Assembly: GCA_013572355.1 (NCBI GenBank)
Contig: QBUV01000091.1
Location: 950-64,949 of the forward strand
Direction of reading: 5' to 3'
Origin: Candidatus Methanogaster sp.
GTDB lineage: Archaea > Halobacteriota > Methanosarcinia > Methanosarcinales > Methanogasteraceae
Length of the DNA: 64,000 nt
Shown here: in pieces, positions 29,551 through 38,168 of the stretch
Position numbering within the stretch: the first letter of the stretch is position 1
Layout: each line of letters begins with the position of its first letter
Notes under the pieces: model-generated
Told to the model about the DNA's origin: nothing
Seen by the model: the letters and a program-made list of their open reading frames with translations, nothing else
Databases searched by the model: none
Translations under genes and position numbers: made by a program

Positions 29551-29750
29551 CGGAAACACGCAACGCCGTCTATCCACTCCTCGCGCACGGGTTCTGTGCA
29601 CCGGTTGTATTGACCATACTGCCTGTTCGTTATTTCGTTGTCGCCTTTCGTGATATATCCGGCGTGCGGCGCAATCGGACCGCTATCCCACATCGGCTCA
29701 CCCGTACTTCCGGTACGGGATCACGTTACCATAGTCGCCAAACGTTTCGT
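29551..29750 (-). pseudogene. Partial, decayed duplicate of the adjacent signal peptidase I gene (internal fragment, frameshifted by a 53-nt deletion)
   Basis: 29551..29700 aligns to 29891..30040 and 29701..29748 to 30094..30141 of the intact gene. The 67-nt core 29615..29681 differs from 29955..30021 at a single position. Confidence 0.85.
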
Positions 29751-29817
29751 GGCATGTTGTTCATGCAGTCAATCCACCTGTTAACCTATTAGCCGGACAT
29801 GGGTGCCGGTTTCAGTC

Positions 29818-30405
29818 CTATGCGGATTTGCCAGTAAGTGTCTCGATCACCTTTGAGAACGCGAGGCGCACATATCCGGCATAAGGTATACGGAAACGCG
29901 CAACACCAATCACCCACTCCTCGCGTATGGGCACGGTGCAGAGGGTGTGTTGATCATACTGCCTGTTCGTTATTTCGTTGTCGCCTTTTGTGATATATCC
30001 GGCGTGCGGCGCAATCGGACCCCCCGCCCACATCGGCTCGCCTGCCTCAACATGGTACATTGCGCGGTGTATGATCGGAGTTACATCGGTTCGCCCGTAC
30101 TTCCGGTACAGGATCACGTTACCATAGTCGCCAAACGTTCTGTAGTCGCTGATCGCGCCTTCCTCTTGTGTAACGACACTGGTGCGTGATATGTCCTTAA
30201 TAAAGACGATATCCCCTTTCTTCATGTGCGGTTCCATGCTTCCGGACTCAATCGCCCGCATCGGCGCCCATGTCCCGAATATGAGCTGGGATAGGATCGC
30301 AAATATGAGGAGTATCTTTGCAACCGATATGAGGTCGCGCAAGACCCCTGCCAACGTGCTATCGCTCTGGTAAAATTCTTTTATTTGATCGAAACGTTCA
30401 GACAT
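29818..30405 (-). CDS. Signal peptidase I (archaeal/Sec11-type S26 family)
   Basis: N-terminal TM anchor, then AIESGSMEPHMKKGDIVFIKD (catalytic Ser in SGSMEP) and a conserved His region (PIIHRAMY). Start taken at MSERFDQ (30405); the listed ORF extends to 30447. Confidence 0.85.
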   Translation of the reverse strand: MSERFDQIKEFYQSDSTLAGVLRDLISVAKILLIFAILSQLIFGTWAPMRAIESGSMEPHMKKGDIVFIKDISRTSVVTQEEGAISDYRTFGDYGNVILYRKYGRTDVTPIIHRAMYHVEAGEPMWAGGPIAPHAGYITKGDNEITNRQYDQHTLCTVPIREEWVIGVARFRIPYAGYVRLAFSKVIETLTGKSA

Positions 30406-30521
30406 TAATATAATAGCAGTCCAGCATGATACATAAAACTTGTTCAATACCGATGCGCTATGTTAAAATATCGTGGGCGCGAATGTAATGACATAGAGCA
30501 CCAAGGAGGCATTCGTCGGCT

Positions 30522-31538
30522 ATGAAGCGCATAACATATCTGGTCCTGATCATCGGCATGGTTGTATGCGCAACCGCTCTTAACGGCTGTATCCGCCATG
30601 ATGATGCGTCTCAGGTGTCTCCACCCGGCGGTAGTACATATCTCAACTCGACAAACATCGACTGCGTGGACTGCCATGCAGTGCAGTATTTTGCCATAGA
30701 GAACGGGAGCGGCAGACATGCACCTCTGAACTGCACCTTCTGCCATATCCAGCATGGATATCAGCCAGACTGCCTGACCTGCCATCCTGATACGCATGGC
30801 ACAGGCATTCAGGGGTGCGAGATCTGCCATCCGAACCCACATGCTCCGGAGTTGCGGATCAATGATTCGCGTCTTAACGACAGTATATGCCAGCCATGCC
30901 ATCTCCCGCAGTACGATGCAATCGATAAGGGCACAGGCAGGCACTCGAAGTTAAAGTGCGATCTATGCCATGTCCAGCATGGCTACCTGCCCTCCTGTGA
31001 AGACTGCCACGGACTGTTTCATGGCAGCGATGTCACGGGCTGCGACGACTGCCATGATCCGCATGTGCCAGAGTCGATCGAATTTGATTACGGCAACAAT
31101 AGCGAATGTGCGCGATGCCACCACTCAGTCATCGAAGAGACGTTTGCGAGAGAGCATACAGTACATGCCGATTTGTCGTGCTATATGTGCCATCCGCTAC
31201 ATGCAGAGACGATGATGTGCATCGACTGCCATCCAGGGCACAGTACCGGGATGAGTATGCGCAACTGCCGCAACTGCCACCGGATCGGGCATGTGCCAAC
31301 CGACATCCTGTACTCCCCAGACGCCGCCGAAACTAAGTCCGGACTATGTGTGAACTGCCATGCAAAGCCGTTTAACACGATGTATGAAAGCGAAAGTGAG
31401 CACCGGTACATCGAATGCGTGGAGTGCCATCCCGCGCATGACGCAACCGTCGCGTGTGATGCGTGCCATACACAGGATCCGTCTCACGGGACTGAGTGCG
31501 TAGCATGTCACGATTCTGCGCACGACACGATCCCATAA
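30522..31538 (+). CDS. Multihaem c-type cytochrome-like lipoprotein, 16 CxxCH motifs in four tetrahaem-like modules
   Basis: Signal peptide with a lipobox-like LNGC. 16 CxxCH counted directly in the 338-aa translation. Regular extra His residues fit bis-His ligation. Confidence 0.8.
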   Translation: MKRITYLVLIIGMVVCATALNGCIRHDDASQVSPPGGSTYLNSTNIDCVDCHAVQYFAIENGSGRHAPLNCTFCHIQHGYQPDCLTCHPDTHGTGIQGCEICHPNPHAPELRINDSRLNDSICQPCHLPQYDAIDKGTGRHSKLKCDLCHVQHGYLPSCEDCHGLFHGSDVTGCDDCHDPHVPESIEFDYGNNSECARCHHSVIEETFAREHTVHADLSCYMCHPLHAETMMCIDCHPGHSTGMSMRNCRNCHRIGHVPTDILYSPDAAETKSGLCVNCHAKPFNTMYESESEHRYIECVECHPAHDATVACDACHTQDPSHGTECVACHDSAHDTIP

Positions 31539-31685
31539 CGATCACGGTTTCAAGAACCTGAGGCGATCGGGGGTACAATCGCCATCACGATTATATCTAC
31601 ACGCTCAATACCGCGCGGTTAAAATTATGGGCTAAAAACACAGTGCTTAACATCATGCTTGACCCCTCTTTTGCGCTTGGGCAGG

Positions 31686-32966
31686 TCACTTGCCGACCAC
31701 TTCCCGCGCATCCATAACCTCGACCACATCCAGTTCTGTGACCACGACATCTGCCCCGACCACTCCCGCTAAACTCGGCACAGTCCTGCCAGAGTCCCCA
31801 AAGATCAGTTCCTTCACATATAGTCCTGCTTCACACTCGATTCTGACAACCGCAGAATCCCCTGCGAACGATTCGAGCAGGGCAGAGCGTACCGTTCGCT
31901 TCCGCACCAGATCAGCCCTCCGGTGGGTGACCCTGGTCGGGGTCCGCTGCCGGATCATGCCGGTTATCTCGCCCAGTCCCGAGACCAGTGTGTCACGATC
32001 GACACCCGCGCACGAGATCGTTGCAAGATACACCTTGTCGTGCCGCGCGCCTTTGAGATTCCTGACCGTCTGGTGATCGACAAAACGTAGACCAGAGACG
32101 GCGACTTTTCCTTCGCAGTAAACGTTAATCTCCTGTTCGAGCCGCTTAAGATCAGTCGTCCGTTTTCCGGGTTCGTTTACCTCGAGAACGAAAGGTCTTC
32201 CGTTCCCGAGCATGAGCGCATCGATATCCTCTCTGCCTGCGCCGTGAAACGTGGTGTCCGCGGCATCCATCGCCTCGATGACCTTGACCGAGATCAGTTC
32301 GTCCACAGACTCCTGATACATCTTGCCGGTAAAACCGCACCGCTCGCATCCCGCGCCCCGGCACTCCCTGCAGTGCCATCTGGTCTGCGGGATGCCGCGC
32401 ACCAGTTTCCGGTATCTCCCGCAGATGTATTCTGACCTGATCTGTAGCTCTACTGTGCCCTCGGAAATCTCAAGCAGGCAGACGATGTCTGGTTCTGTGA
32501 AATTAACTTCCTTTCCTGTCGCGCTTGCTATCAGTTTGCCGACCTCGCGGTTGATCTCTGATTTAAGCGGCTCAGCATGATCGGTTCCAATCGCCTCCCA
32601 CAGAAGTTCCTCATTCTCAGACAATAGCCCGCTAAGCCGGGTACCGACGAGAAACGTCTCGTACTCACGCCCGCCTACGGCGTCTATCGCTCTCGATGCC
32701 CAAGTATCGAGTTCCTCGAAGATGCCGTTACAGACCCAGCACCGCTCCGGAATCCGAAGGTCGGGGTGCATCGGTTCGTCATCGTCACCCGTTCCCGCCA
32801 TGTCCGCGGTCATCGCAAGCACCAGCCGGATCGCAGCCCCCCGCTCCCTGTTTGTAAGACCGGTTGACAGTTTCGCAAACTGCCTTCCAAGACAGTGATC
32901 GCAGATCAGACCCTCATCGAGGATGGCGCGTGCGATATCCGGGATCGTTTTGTCGTCACCACTCAT
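31686..32966 (-). CDS. pus10: tRNA pseudouridine(54/55) synthase Pus10
   Basis: N-terminal Zn ribbon ([12 protein letters not shown]...CWVCNG), THUMP-like middle region, C-terminal catalytic domain ([20 protein letters not shown]). 426 aa. Confidence 0.85.
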   Translation of the reverse strand: MSGDDKTIPDIARAILDEGLICDHCLGRQFAKLSTGLTNRERGAAIRLVLAMTADMAGTGDDDEPMHPDLRIPERCWVCNGIFEELDTWASRAIDAVGGREYETFLVGTRLSGLLSENEELLWEAIGTDHAEPLKSEINREVGKLIASATGKEVNFTEPDIVCLLEISEGTVELQIRSEYICGRYRKLVRGIPQTRWHCRECRGAGCERCGFTGKMYQESVDELISVKVIEAMDAADTTFHGAGREDIDALMLGNGRPFVLEVNEPGKRTTDLKRLEQEINVYCEGKVAVSGLRFVDHQTVRNLKGARHDKVYLATISCAGVDRDTLVSGLGEITGMIRQRTPTRVTHRRADLVRKRTVRSALLESFAGDSAVVRIECEAGLYVKELIFGDSGRTVPSLAGVVGADVVVTELDVVEVMDAREVVGK

Positions 32967-33426
32967 CAGGTATCTCGATCTCGCCGCTACCTATCGCCTG
33001 CTGCGCAGCCCTCGGATCCATCCCTTCTACGGTCACGCCCATCGGCACGCAGGCGCCGATAATCTCCTTTGCCGCATTCTTTGGCGTGTACGAAAGAACT
33101 CTGTCCTTTTTCATGCGTGCGACCCGCATTACCTGCTCAACGGTCAGATCTCCAACAATCTCATTCTCTGAAGACCCTTTCTCAATCCCGAGTTCTTTTA
33201 GGATCAGTGCTGAAGTCGGGGGTATCCCGACCTCGAGTGTCACGCTCTTGTCGGCGCCAACGATCACCTTGACAGGCACTTGCATGCCATCGAATTCCTT
33301 CGTCGCCTCATTGATGTCATCGACGACCTGCTTGATGTTGATGCCGAGCGGTCCGAGCGATGGACCGAGTGGCGGTCCTGCAGTCGCTTTCCCGCCGGAA
33401 ACCAGTGCTTCTACGATATCTACCAT
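32956..33426 (-). CDS. rpl11: 50S ribosomal protein L11 (uL11)
   Basis: [35 protein letters not shown]. Internal ATG of the listed ORF 32956..33522. 11-nt overlap with the pus10 start. Confidence 0.9.
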   Translation of the reverse strand: MVDIVEALVSGGKATAGPPLGPSLGPLGINIKQVVDDINEATKEFDGMQVPVKVIVGADKSVTLEVGIPPTSALILKELGIEKGSSENEIVGDLTVEQVMRVARMKKDRVLSYTPKNAAKEIIGACVPMGVTVEGMDPRAAQQAIGSGEIEIPDEW

Positions 33427-33575
33427 TTTTTTGATCACCTTATGTTTTACATGCAATTCGAGCGATTGGGTGATAATAGTTTCGGAGGTTTCGGCGAGAC
33501 GTTCTGATCCCGGTGGAAACACTCTGATTTTCAGATAGTGTCTCCAAAACGTACGTGTTCGAGTAACTTGTGGAT

Positions 33576-33668
33576 AAAATCAGTGGAATCCGTGCCCATA
33601 TATAGCTAAAAACCTTTATCAGCCACTGATTTACACAGATTACACAGACTCCGGGTTATCTGTTTGCC
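33576..33668 (+). repeat. Heptad-hairpin element, locus D (short form)
   Basis: AAATCAGTGG(33577-86)/CCACTGATTT(33623-32) 10-bp stem, then ACACAGA-tt-ACACAGA-ctccgggtt-ATCTGT. Tail GGTTATCTGTTTGCCAC resembles the locus B tail GGTTAATCTTCTTTGCCAT. Confidence 0.55.
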
Positions 33669-33713
33669 ACACGTTACTCGAGCCTATTCTCTGAATATCC
33701 GGATTCGCCCTAA

Positions 33714-34460
33714 TCAGCCCAATGCCCCTGTGATGTACTCAACCCTCTGCGGCGCCTCCACTACCGGAACACGCCCGTACATCCCAACGTGCCCATCAAG
33801 GAGGATTAGGCCCCCCATGATCGGCTTAACTCCTTTTAGAATCGAGAATGCATCTTTGATCGATGCAATATCGATTGCCGCATTCCCGACAGCAGTGGCT
33901 GCCGCATCCGCAAGCGACACGTCGCCCGAGAGGATCGTTGCAGCGTCCGCATTCCCGAAACTGATCGAATGCCCGATCCTCCCGGATGAGGTGCATATTC
34001 CGAGAATGGACTCACGCGGCTCTATCTCAAGCCCGATGCTGACATCGTCCGTTCTTCCGGCGTATACCCCGACGATGACGGTCTCATCGTTGACAAGAGC
34101 GATGTCGCCGCCGTTATCCAGAATCGCATAAGTAGCACCGGCATCCACCATCGCTTCCACTGCGATTGCCGCAATCGTGCCTGCAACCGCGCTCATCGGG
34201 CCGATGCCAACCGCGCTGCCTGCATCCGTCATCCGCACCGCGATCTCAGGAGCGTTTTTTGGGCACTGGTATTCGTCGAGGGTGGATGCGAAGAACGGGT
34301 CTCTCCGGATGAATCTTTCCAGATCGCGTCTGCATGATTCGATCGCACGCTTTGCGACCGGGATGTACTGTTCCTCTGAACTGATGGTTACGATGGTCTC
34401 TTTGAGCTGGAAACGCTCTCTTATATGCTTGCTCTGTGGACTGCGGTCGGTCTTGTGCAT
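33714..34460 (-). CDS. UPF0280-family protein (ApbE-like fold suspected)
   Basis: 248 aa. The pattern KETIVTISSEEQYIPVAKRAIESCRRDLERFIRRDPFF...AVAGTIA...GICTSSG resembles the conserved archaeal UPF0280 family. Assignment from memory only. Confidence 0.55.
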   Translation of the reverse strand: MHKTDRSPQSKHIRERFQLKETIVTISSEEQYIPVAKRAIESCRRDLERFIRRDPFFASTLDEYQCPKNAPEIAVRMTDAGSAVGIGPMSAVAGTIAAIAVEAMVDAGATYAILDNGGDIALVNDETVIVGVYAGRTDDVSIGLEIEPRESILGICTSSGRIGHSISFGNADAATILSGDVSLADAAATAVGNAAIDIASIKDAFSILKGVKPIMGGLILLDGHVGMYGRVPVVEAPQRVEYITGALG

Positions 34461-34489
34461 GATTATGGTCGTGTGTTGGGGATTATCTG

Positions 34490-34649
34490 TTAAGCGGTGG
34501 TTAGGTCCGTGAAAGGAAATGGAACCGATACAATATCCCCCTGCTCATAGATCGTCATAATAGGCGTCCTCTTCATTATCCCAGAACTCAAAAGCAGTCT
34601 CGGATAATTTCAACCAATCTTTATTCGCATAACCCCCTCTCGCAATAGC
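34490..34649 (-). pseudogene. Relic of a type II toxin-antitoxin pair: antitoxin C-terminal tail plus the first 22 codons of a MazF/PemK-like toxin
   Basis: The minus strand reads ..DWLKLSETAFEFWDNEEDAYYDDL* (no start codon, directly after the upstream gene stop). The overlapping ATG (34558) then gives MTIYEQGDIVSVPFPFTDLTTA* (stop 34490-92). GDIv.vpFPFtD is the PemK/MazF N-terminal signature. Confidence 0.5.
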
Positions 34650-35903
34650 CTATCCCTCCCGCGGATCCCTGATCTCCCCGGCAATCGCGCTCACCGCGGC
34701 AGTCTCGACCGACGACAGGTATATCTCCGAATTATTATTCCCCATCCTGCCCTTGAAGTTCCTGTTCTGCGTGGATAGTACCTTCTCCTCGTCTCCGAGC
34801 GCAACCGTCCGTCCGATACAGAATCCGCATCCGGGCGCGCATACTGCAGCACCTGCTTCGACGAGTGTTGCGATCACGCCCTCTGAGATCGCCTGCAAGA
34901 GCACGCTCCTGCTTGCAGGATACACGACCAGCCGGGTCCCCTCAGCCGCCTTCCTGCCCGCAAGCACGCGTGCGGCAATCCGCAGGTCCTCAATCCTCCC
35001 GTTGGTACACGATCCTATGCAGACCTGATCCAGCGGGAGTCCTTCGTATTCACCAACAGGACTCACGTTATCGACGCGATGCGGGGCAGCGATCTGCGGC
35101 TCGATGTCATCAGCAGCAATCACGATCTCGGATGCGTAATCCGCCTCTGGGTCAGGGGTGAGTGGCGCGTACTCATCAGATCTTCCGTAACGCGCAAGAA
35201 ACTCGCGTGTCTTCTCATCAGCAGCGCAGATCCCACATTTCCCGCCTGCTTCGATCGCCATGTTGCTCATAACAGCTCTTGACTCCACACTCATATCATC
35301 TACCACGCTTCCGAGAAATTCCATCGACATGTATGTCGCACCGTCCGCGGTGATCCTGCCGCAGAGATACAGGAAAGCATCCTTCGAATAGACGTGCGCA
35401 CCAAGGTTTCCTGTGACCTCGATCCTGTAACTCGTTGGTACCTTCAGCCACGCCTTCCCGTATGCCATGATCGCTGCCATGTCAGTCGATCCCATGCCTG
35501 TCGCAAACGCGCCGAGCGCGCCATGTGTGCATGTGTGGCTATCAGCGCCGATGATTACCTTGTATGGGGCTGCGTGCCGTTCGAGCACGATCTGGTGGCA
35601 TACGCCGTCGCCGTTCTCATAAAACGCAATCCCATTTTCCTGCGCGAATCTCCGCATCATGATCTGGACATTTGAGACCTGCTCGCTCGGGGACGGTGAC
35701 GCGTGGTCGCAGACCGCGATCACTTTGTCGGGATCGTGAACGGTTCTTGTCGCAAGTTCGTCCTCCATCAACTGGATCGCAAGCGGAAGCGTGCCATCGT
35801 GCGCGAATGCGAGATCCACAGGCGCGACTATCATATCATTCGGCAGAACGTCTCTTCCGGTCTTTCTGGACAGGATCTTCTCTACCATTGTTTGTGTGGT
35901 CAT
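34650..35903 (-). CDS. Aconitase-family dehydratase large subunit (3-isopropylmalate / homoaconitate type)
   Basis: 417 aa. MVEKILSRKTG, DHASPSP, GADSHTCTHGALGAFATGMG, CGFCIG Fe-S ligand motifs. LeuC vs HacA cannot be resolved by eye. Confidence 0.85.
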   Translation of the reverse strand: MTTQTMVEKILSRKTGRDVLPNDMIVAPVDLAFAHDGTLPLAIQLMEDELATRTVHDPDKVIAVCDHASPSPSEQVSNVQIMMRRFAQENGIAFYENGDGVCHQIVLERHAAPYKVIIGADSHTCTHGALGAFATGMGSTDMAAIMAYGKAWLKVPTSYRIEVTGNLGAHVYSKDAFLYLCGRITADGATYMSMEFLGSVVDDMSVESRAVMSNMAIEAGGKCGICAADEKTREFLARYGRSDEYAPLTPDPEADYASEIVIAADDIEPQIAAPHRVDNVSPVGEYEGLPLDQVCIGSCTNGRIEDLRIAARVLAGRKAAEGTRLVVYPASRSVLLQAISEGVIATLVEAGAAVCAPGCGFCIGRTVALGDEEKVLSTQNRNFKGRMGNNNSEIYLSSVETAAVSAIAGEIRDPREG

Positions 35904-35947
35904 GGTTATCTCCAGCGAAAGTCCTTATATCACCGAAACATAGATAA

Positions 35948-36583
35948 ATGGCTACCCAACAATTGGAGGTAATCATGAGATTAAAAGATATTGTGCTAAT
36001 CGTGGCAGTCGCGTCACTGCTACTATCATCAGGATGTATCGGGCAGGATGAGAAGGTTGTCGACAGCGACGGCGATGGATGGGACGATGAACAGGAACTG
36101 GTTGCCGGAACCGATCCGAACAATGTGGATACCGATGGCGATGGTTACTGGGATTCAAAGGATGAAAACCCACTCGATCCGAACATACCGGCCCCAAGGG
36201 AAACGCCGACGCCGGTAGAGGCGGCTACACCGATACCACGACCTACCACATCAGCCACACCGACCATAACTCATGTATTCGAGATCACCGATCCTGCGGA
36301 TGGGGATAGCGTTCCCCGTTTAATCGATGTCAGAGGTCATGGCGGCATGCCCGGCGCAAAGGTCAGGATTCATGTCTACATTGAAGATGAAGGAGATATT
36401 CTTCGACCCGCCGTAGGGTATGTCGACGAGGACGGTAACTGGGAAATAGAGGATATTGGACTATGGGACGTTACAGGGTACACAATAGGGGACGAGGCTA
36501 TGATCTATGCGGTGATGACTGTTTCACAAGCGGGTGACACAATTATACGTGCTTCCGAGAACGTCACGGTGTACCGGGTATAG
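35948..36583 (+). CDS. Secreted lipoprotein-like protein with thrombospondin type-3-like Ca-binding repeats
   Basis: Signal/lipobox LLLSSGC. DSDGDGWDDEQELVAGTDPNNVDTDGDGYWDSKDENPLDPN. Pro/Thr linker, then a beta-rich C-terminal domain. Confidence 0.65.
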   Translation: MATQQLEVIMRLKDIVLIVAVASLLLSSGCIGQDEKVVDSDGDGWDDEQELVAGTDPNNVDTDGDGYWDSKDENPLDPNIPAPRETPTPVEAATPIPRPTTSATPTITHVFEITDPADGDSVPRLIDVRGHGGMPGAKVRIHVYIEDEGDILRPAVGYVDEDGNWEIEDIGLWDVTGYTIGDEAMIYAVMTVSQAGDTIIRASENVTVYRV

Positions 36584-36596
36584 GAGATCATCAAGG

Positions 36597-37475
36597 ATGA
36601 TTACAGAGAGTCTACTGGCACCGGGACATCGCGGATGCGCAGGGTGCGGAGCATCGCTTGCAGCGAAGTTTGTTCTTGAAGGCGCTGGCAGTGACTGCAT
36701 CGTGTGCGGTCCTACCGGCTGCCTTGAGGTATTCACAACCCCCTACCCTGAATCGGCATGGCGGGTCCCGTACATCCACTCGCTCTTCGAAAACCCTGCC
36801 GCAGTCGCGTCAGGGATCGAGACCGCACTCGCTGCCCGCGGCAATACCCATACAAAAGTGCTCGTCATCGCAGGCGATGGCTCCACGTTCGATATCGGCA
36901 TCCGCAGTATATCCGGTGCATTCGAGCGCGGGCACAACATAACGTACGTGTGCTACGACAACGAGGCGTACATGAACACGGGCATCCAGCGCAGTGCAGC
37001 AACGCCTTTTGACGCATCGACCACGACGTCCCCTTCCGGAACGGTTTCTTACGGCAATCCCTTCCCGAAGAAGGATATGCCCGCGATCCTCGTGGCGCAT
37101 GGCTCACCTTATGTGGCGACCGCTTCAATTGCGTACCCAAAAGACGTGATCCGCAAGATAAAAACCGCTACCGAGACCGAGGGTCCGACTTATGTCCAGA
37201 TCCACGCGTCATGTTGTACTGGCTGGTACTTCGACAGTTCACTGGGTGTCGAGGTCGTACGGCTTGCAGTCCAGACCGCGCTGTACCCGATCTTTGAGAT
37301 CGTGGACGGAAAACTCGGGAAGGTGCATAAGATCAAACAAAAGCCTGTCGAGGAGTACCTCCGGATACAGAAGCGGTTTGCGCACCTGTTCAAAGATGAG
37401 AGCGGAAGAGCTGAGATTGCGAAGATTCAGGCAATTGCTGACGAGAACGTCCGGAAATACGGGCTTGTTGGGTGA
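36597..37475 (+). CDS. 2-oxoacid:ferredoxin oxidoreductase beta (TPP-binding) subunit, PorB-like
   Basis: MITESLLAPGHRGCAGCGASLA..., GDGSTFDIG (TPP GDG motif), CYDNEAYMNTGIQRS. Internal ATG of the listed ORF. Confidence 0.85.
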   Translation: MITESLLAPGHRGCAGCGASLAAKFVLEGAGSDCIVCGPTGCLEVFTTPYPESAWRVPYIHSLFENPAAVASGIETALAARGNTHTKVLVIAGDGSTFDIGIRSISGAFERGHNITYVCYDNEAYMNTGIQRSAATPFDASTTTSPSGTVSYGNPFPKKDMPAILVAHGSPYVATASIAYPKDVIRKIKTATETEGPTYVQIHASCCTGWYFDSSLGVEVVRLAVQTALYPIFEIVDGKLGKVHKIKQKPVEEYLRIQKRFAHLFKDESGRAEIAKIQAIADENVRKYGLVG

Positions 37476-37500
37476 AACATAAATCTGTGAGATGATATAA

Positions 37501-38163
37501 TTGACTATAGAGAATGAAGATTTTATACGGATAAACTATACCGGGCGATTGGACGACGGCATGGTGTTCGACACCACCGACGAGGAAGTCGCAAAGGAAC
37601 ATGACATATACGATGAGAAGACCCGATACGATTCTTTCGTGATCGTCGTTGGCAAAGGGCATGTCGTGGAAGGACTGGATGAGGATATTGTCGGGAAGGA
37701 AGCCGGCTATCACGGGACGGTTGAGATTCCGCCGGAGAAGGGCTACGGCGAACACAAAACGGAACTGGTAAAGACATATCCCACATCCAAATTTACAGAG
37801 CCGCCTGTGAAAGGTATGCGGGCGGTCGTCGATGGGCAACAGGGCATGGTTGTCATGACGATCGGGCGCAGGGTGCGCATCGATTTCAACAGTCCGATGG
37901 CTGGCAAAACTCTGATCTTCGATTATGTGATCGAAGAAAAGATCGATGACGACCTCGACAAGATCAAATCCCTGTTACAATCTTACTTCAGGATGGATTT
38001 TGATGTGGAGCTTGTCGATGAGACTGCTGTGATCGAACCGCCAAGTGATCTCAGGCTAAATCAGAACTGGCTGCTCGTGAAGTCGAGGATCGCAAGCGAA
38101 CTCCTCGGATCGATGGAACTTGATAACGTGAAATTCGTTGAGACGTATCAGAACTCTGAATAG
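37501..38163 (+). CDS. FKBP-type peptidyl-prolyl cis-trans isomerase (long archaeal type)
   Basis: IRINYTGRLDDGMVFDTT...GKGHVVEGLDEDIVGKEAG...IPPEKGYGEH. Apparent TTG start. Confidence 0.85.
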   Translation: MTIENEDFIRINYTGRLDDGMVFDTTDEEVAKEHDIYDEKTRYDSFVIVVGKGHVVEGLDEDIVGKEAGYHGTVEIPPEKGYGEHKTELVKTYPTSKFTEPPVKGMRAVVDGQQGMVVMTIGRRVRIDFNSPMAGKTLIFDYVIEEKIDDDLDKIKSLLQSYFRMDFDVELVDETAVIEPPSDLRLNQNWLLVKSRIASELLGSMELDNVKFVETYQNSE

Positions 38164-38168
38164 GGGTC

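Noticed and set aside
29520-30189. Two similar plus-strand ORFs (29520..29792 and 29947..30189), both containing ILPVRYFVVAF.DISGVRRNRT.
   Set aside because: Their similarity only reflects the signal-peptidase duplication read on the wrong strand. The real coding strand is minus (SGSMEP peptidase motifs).
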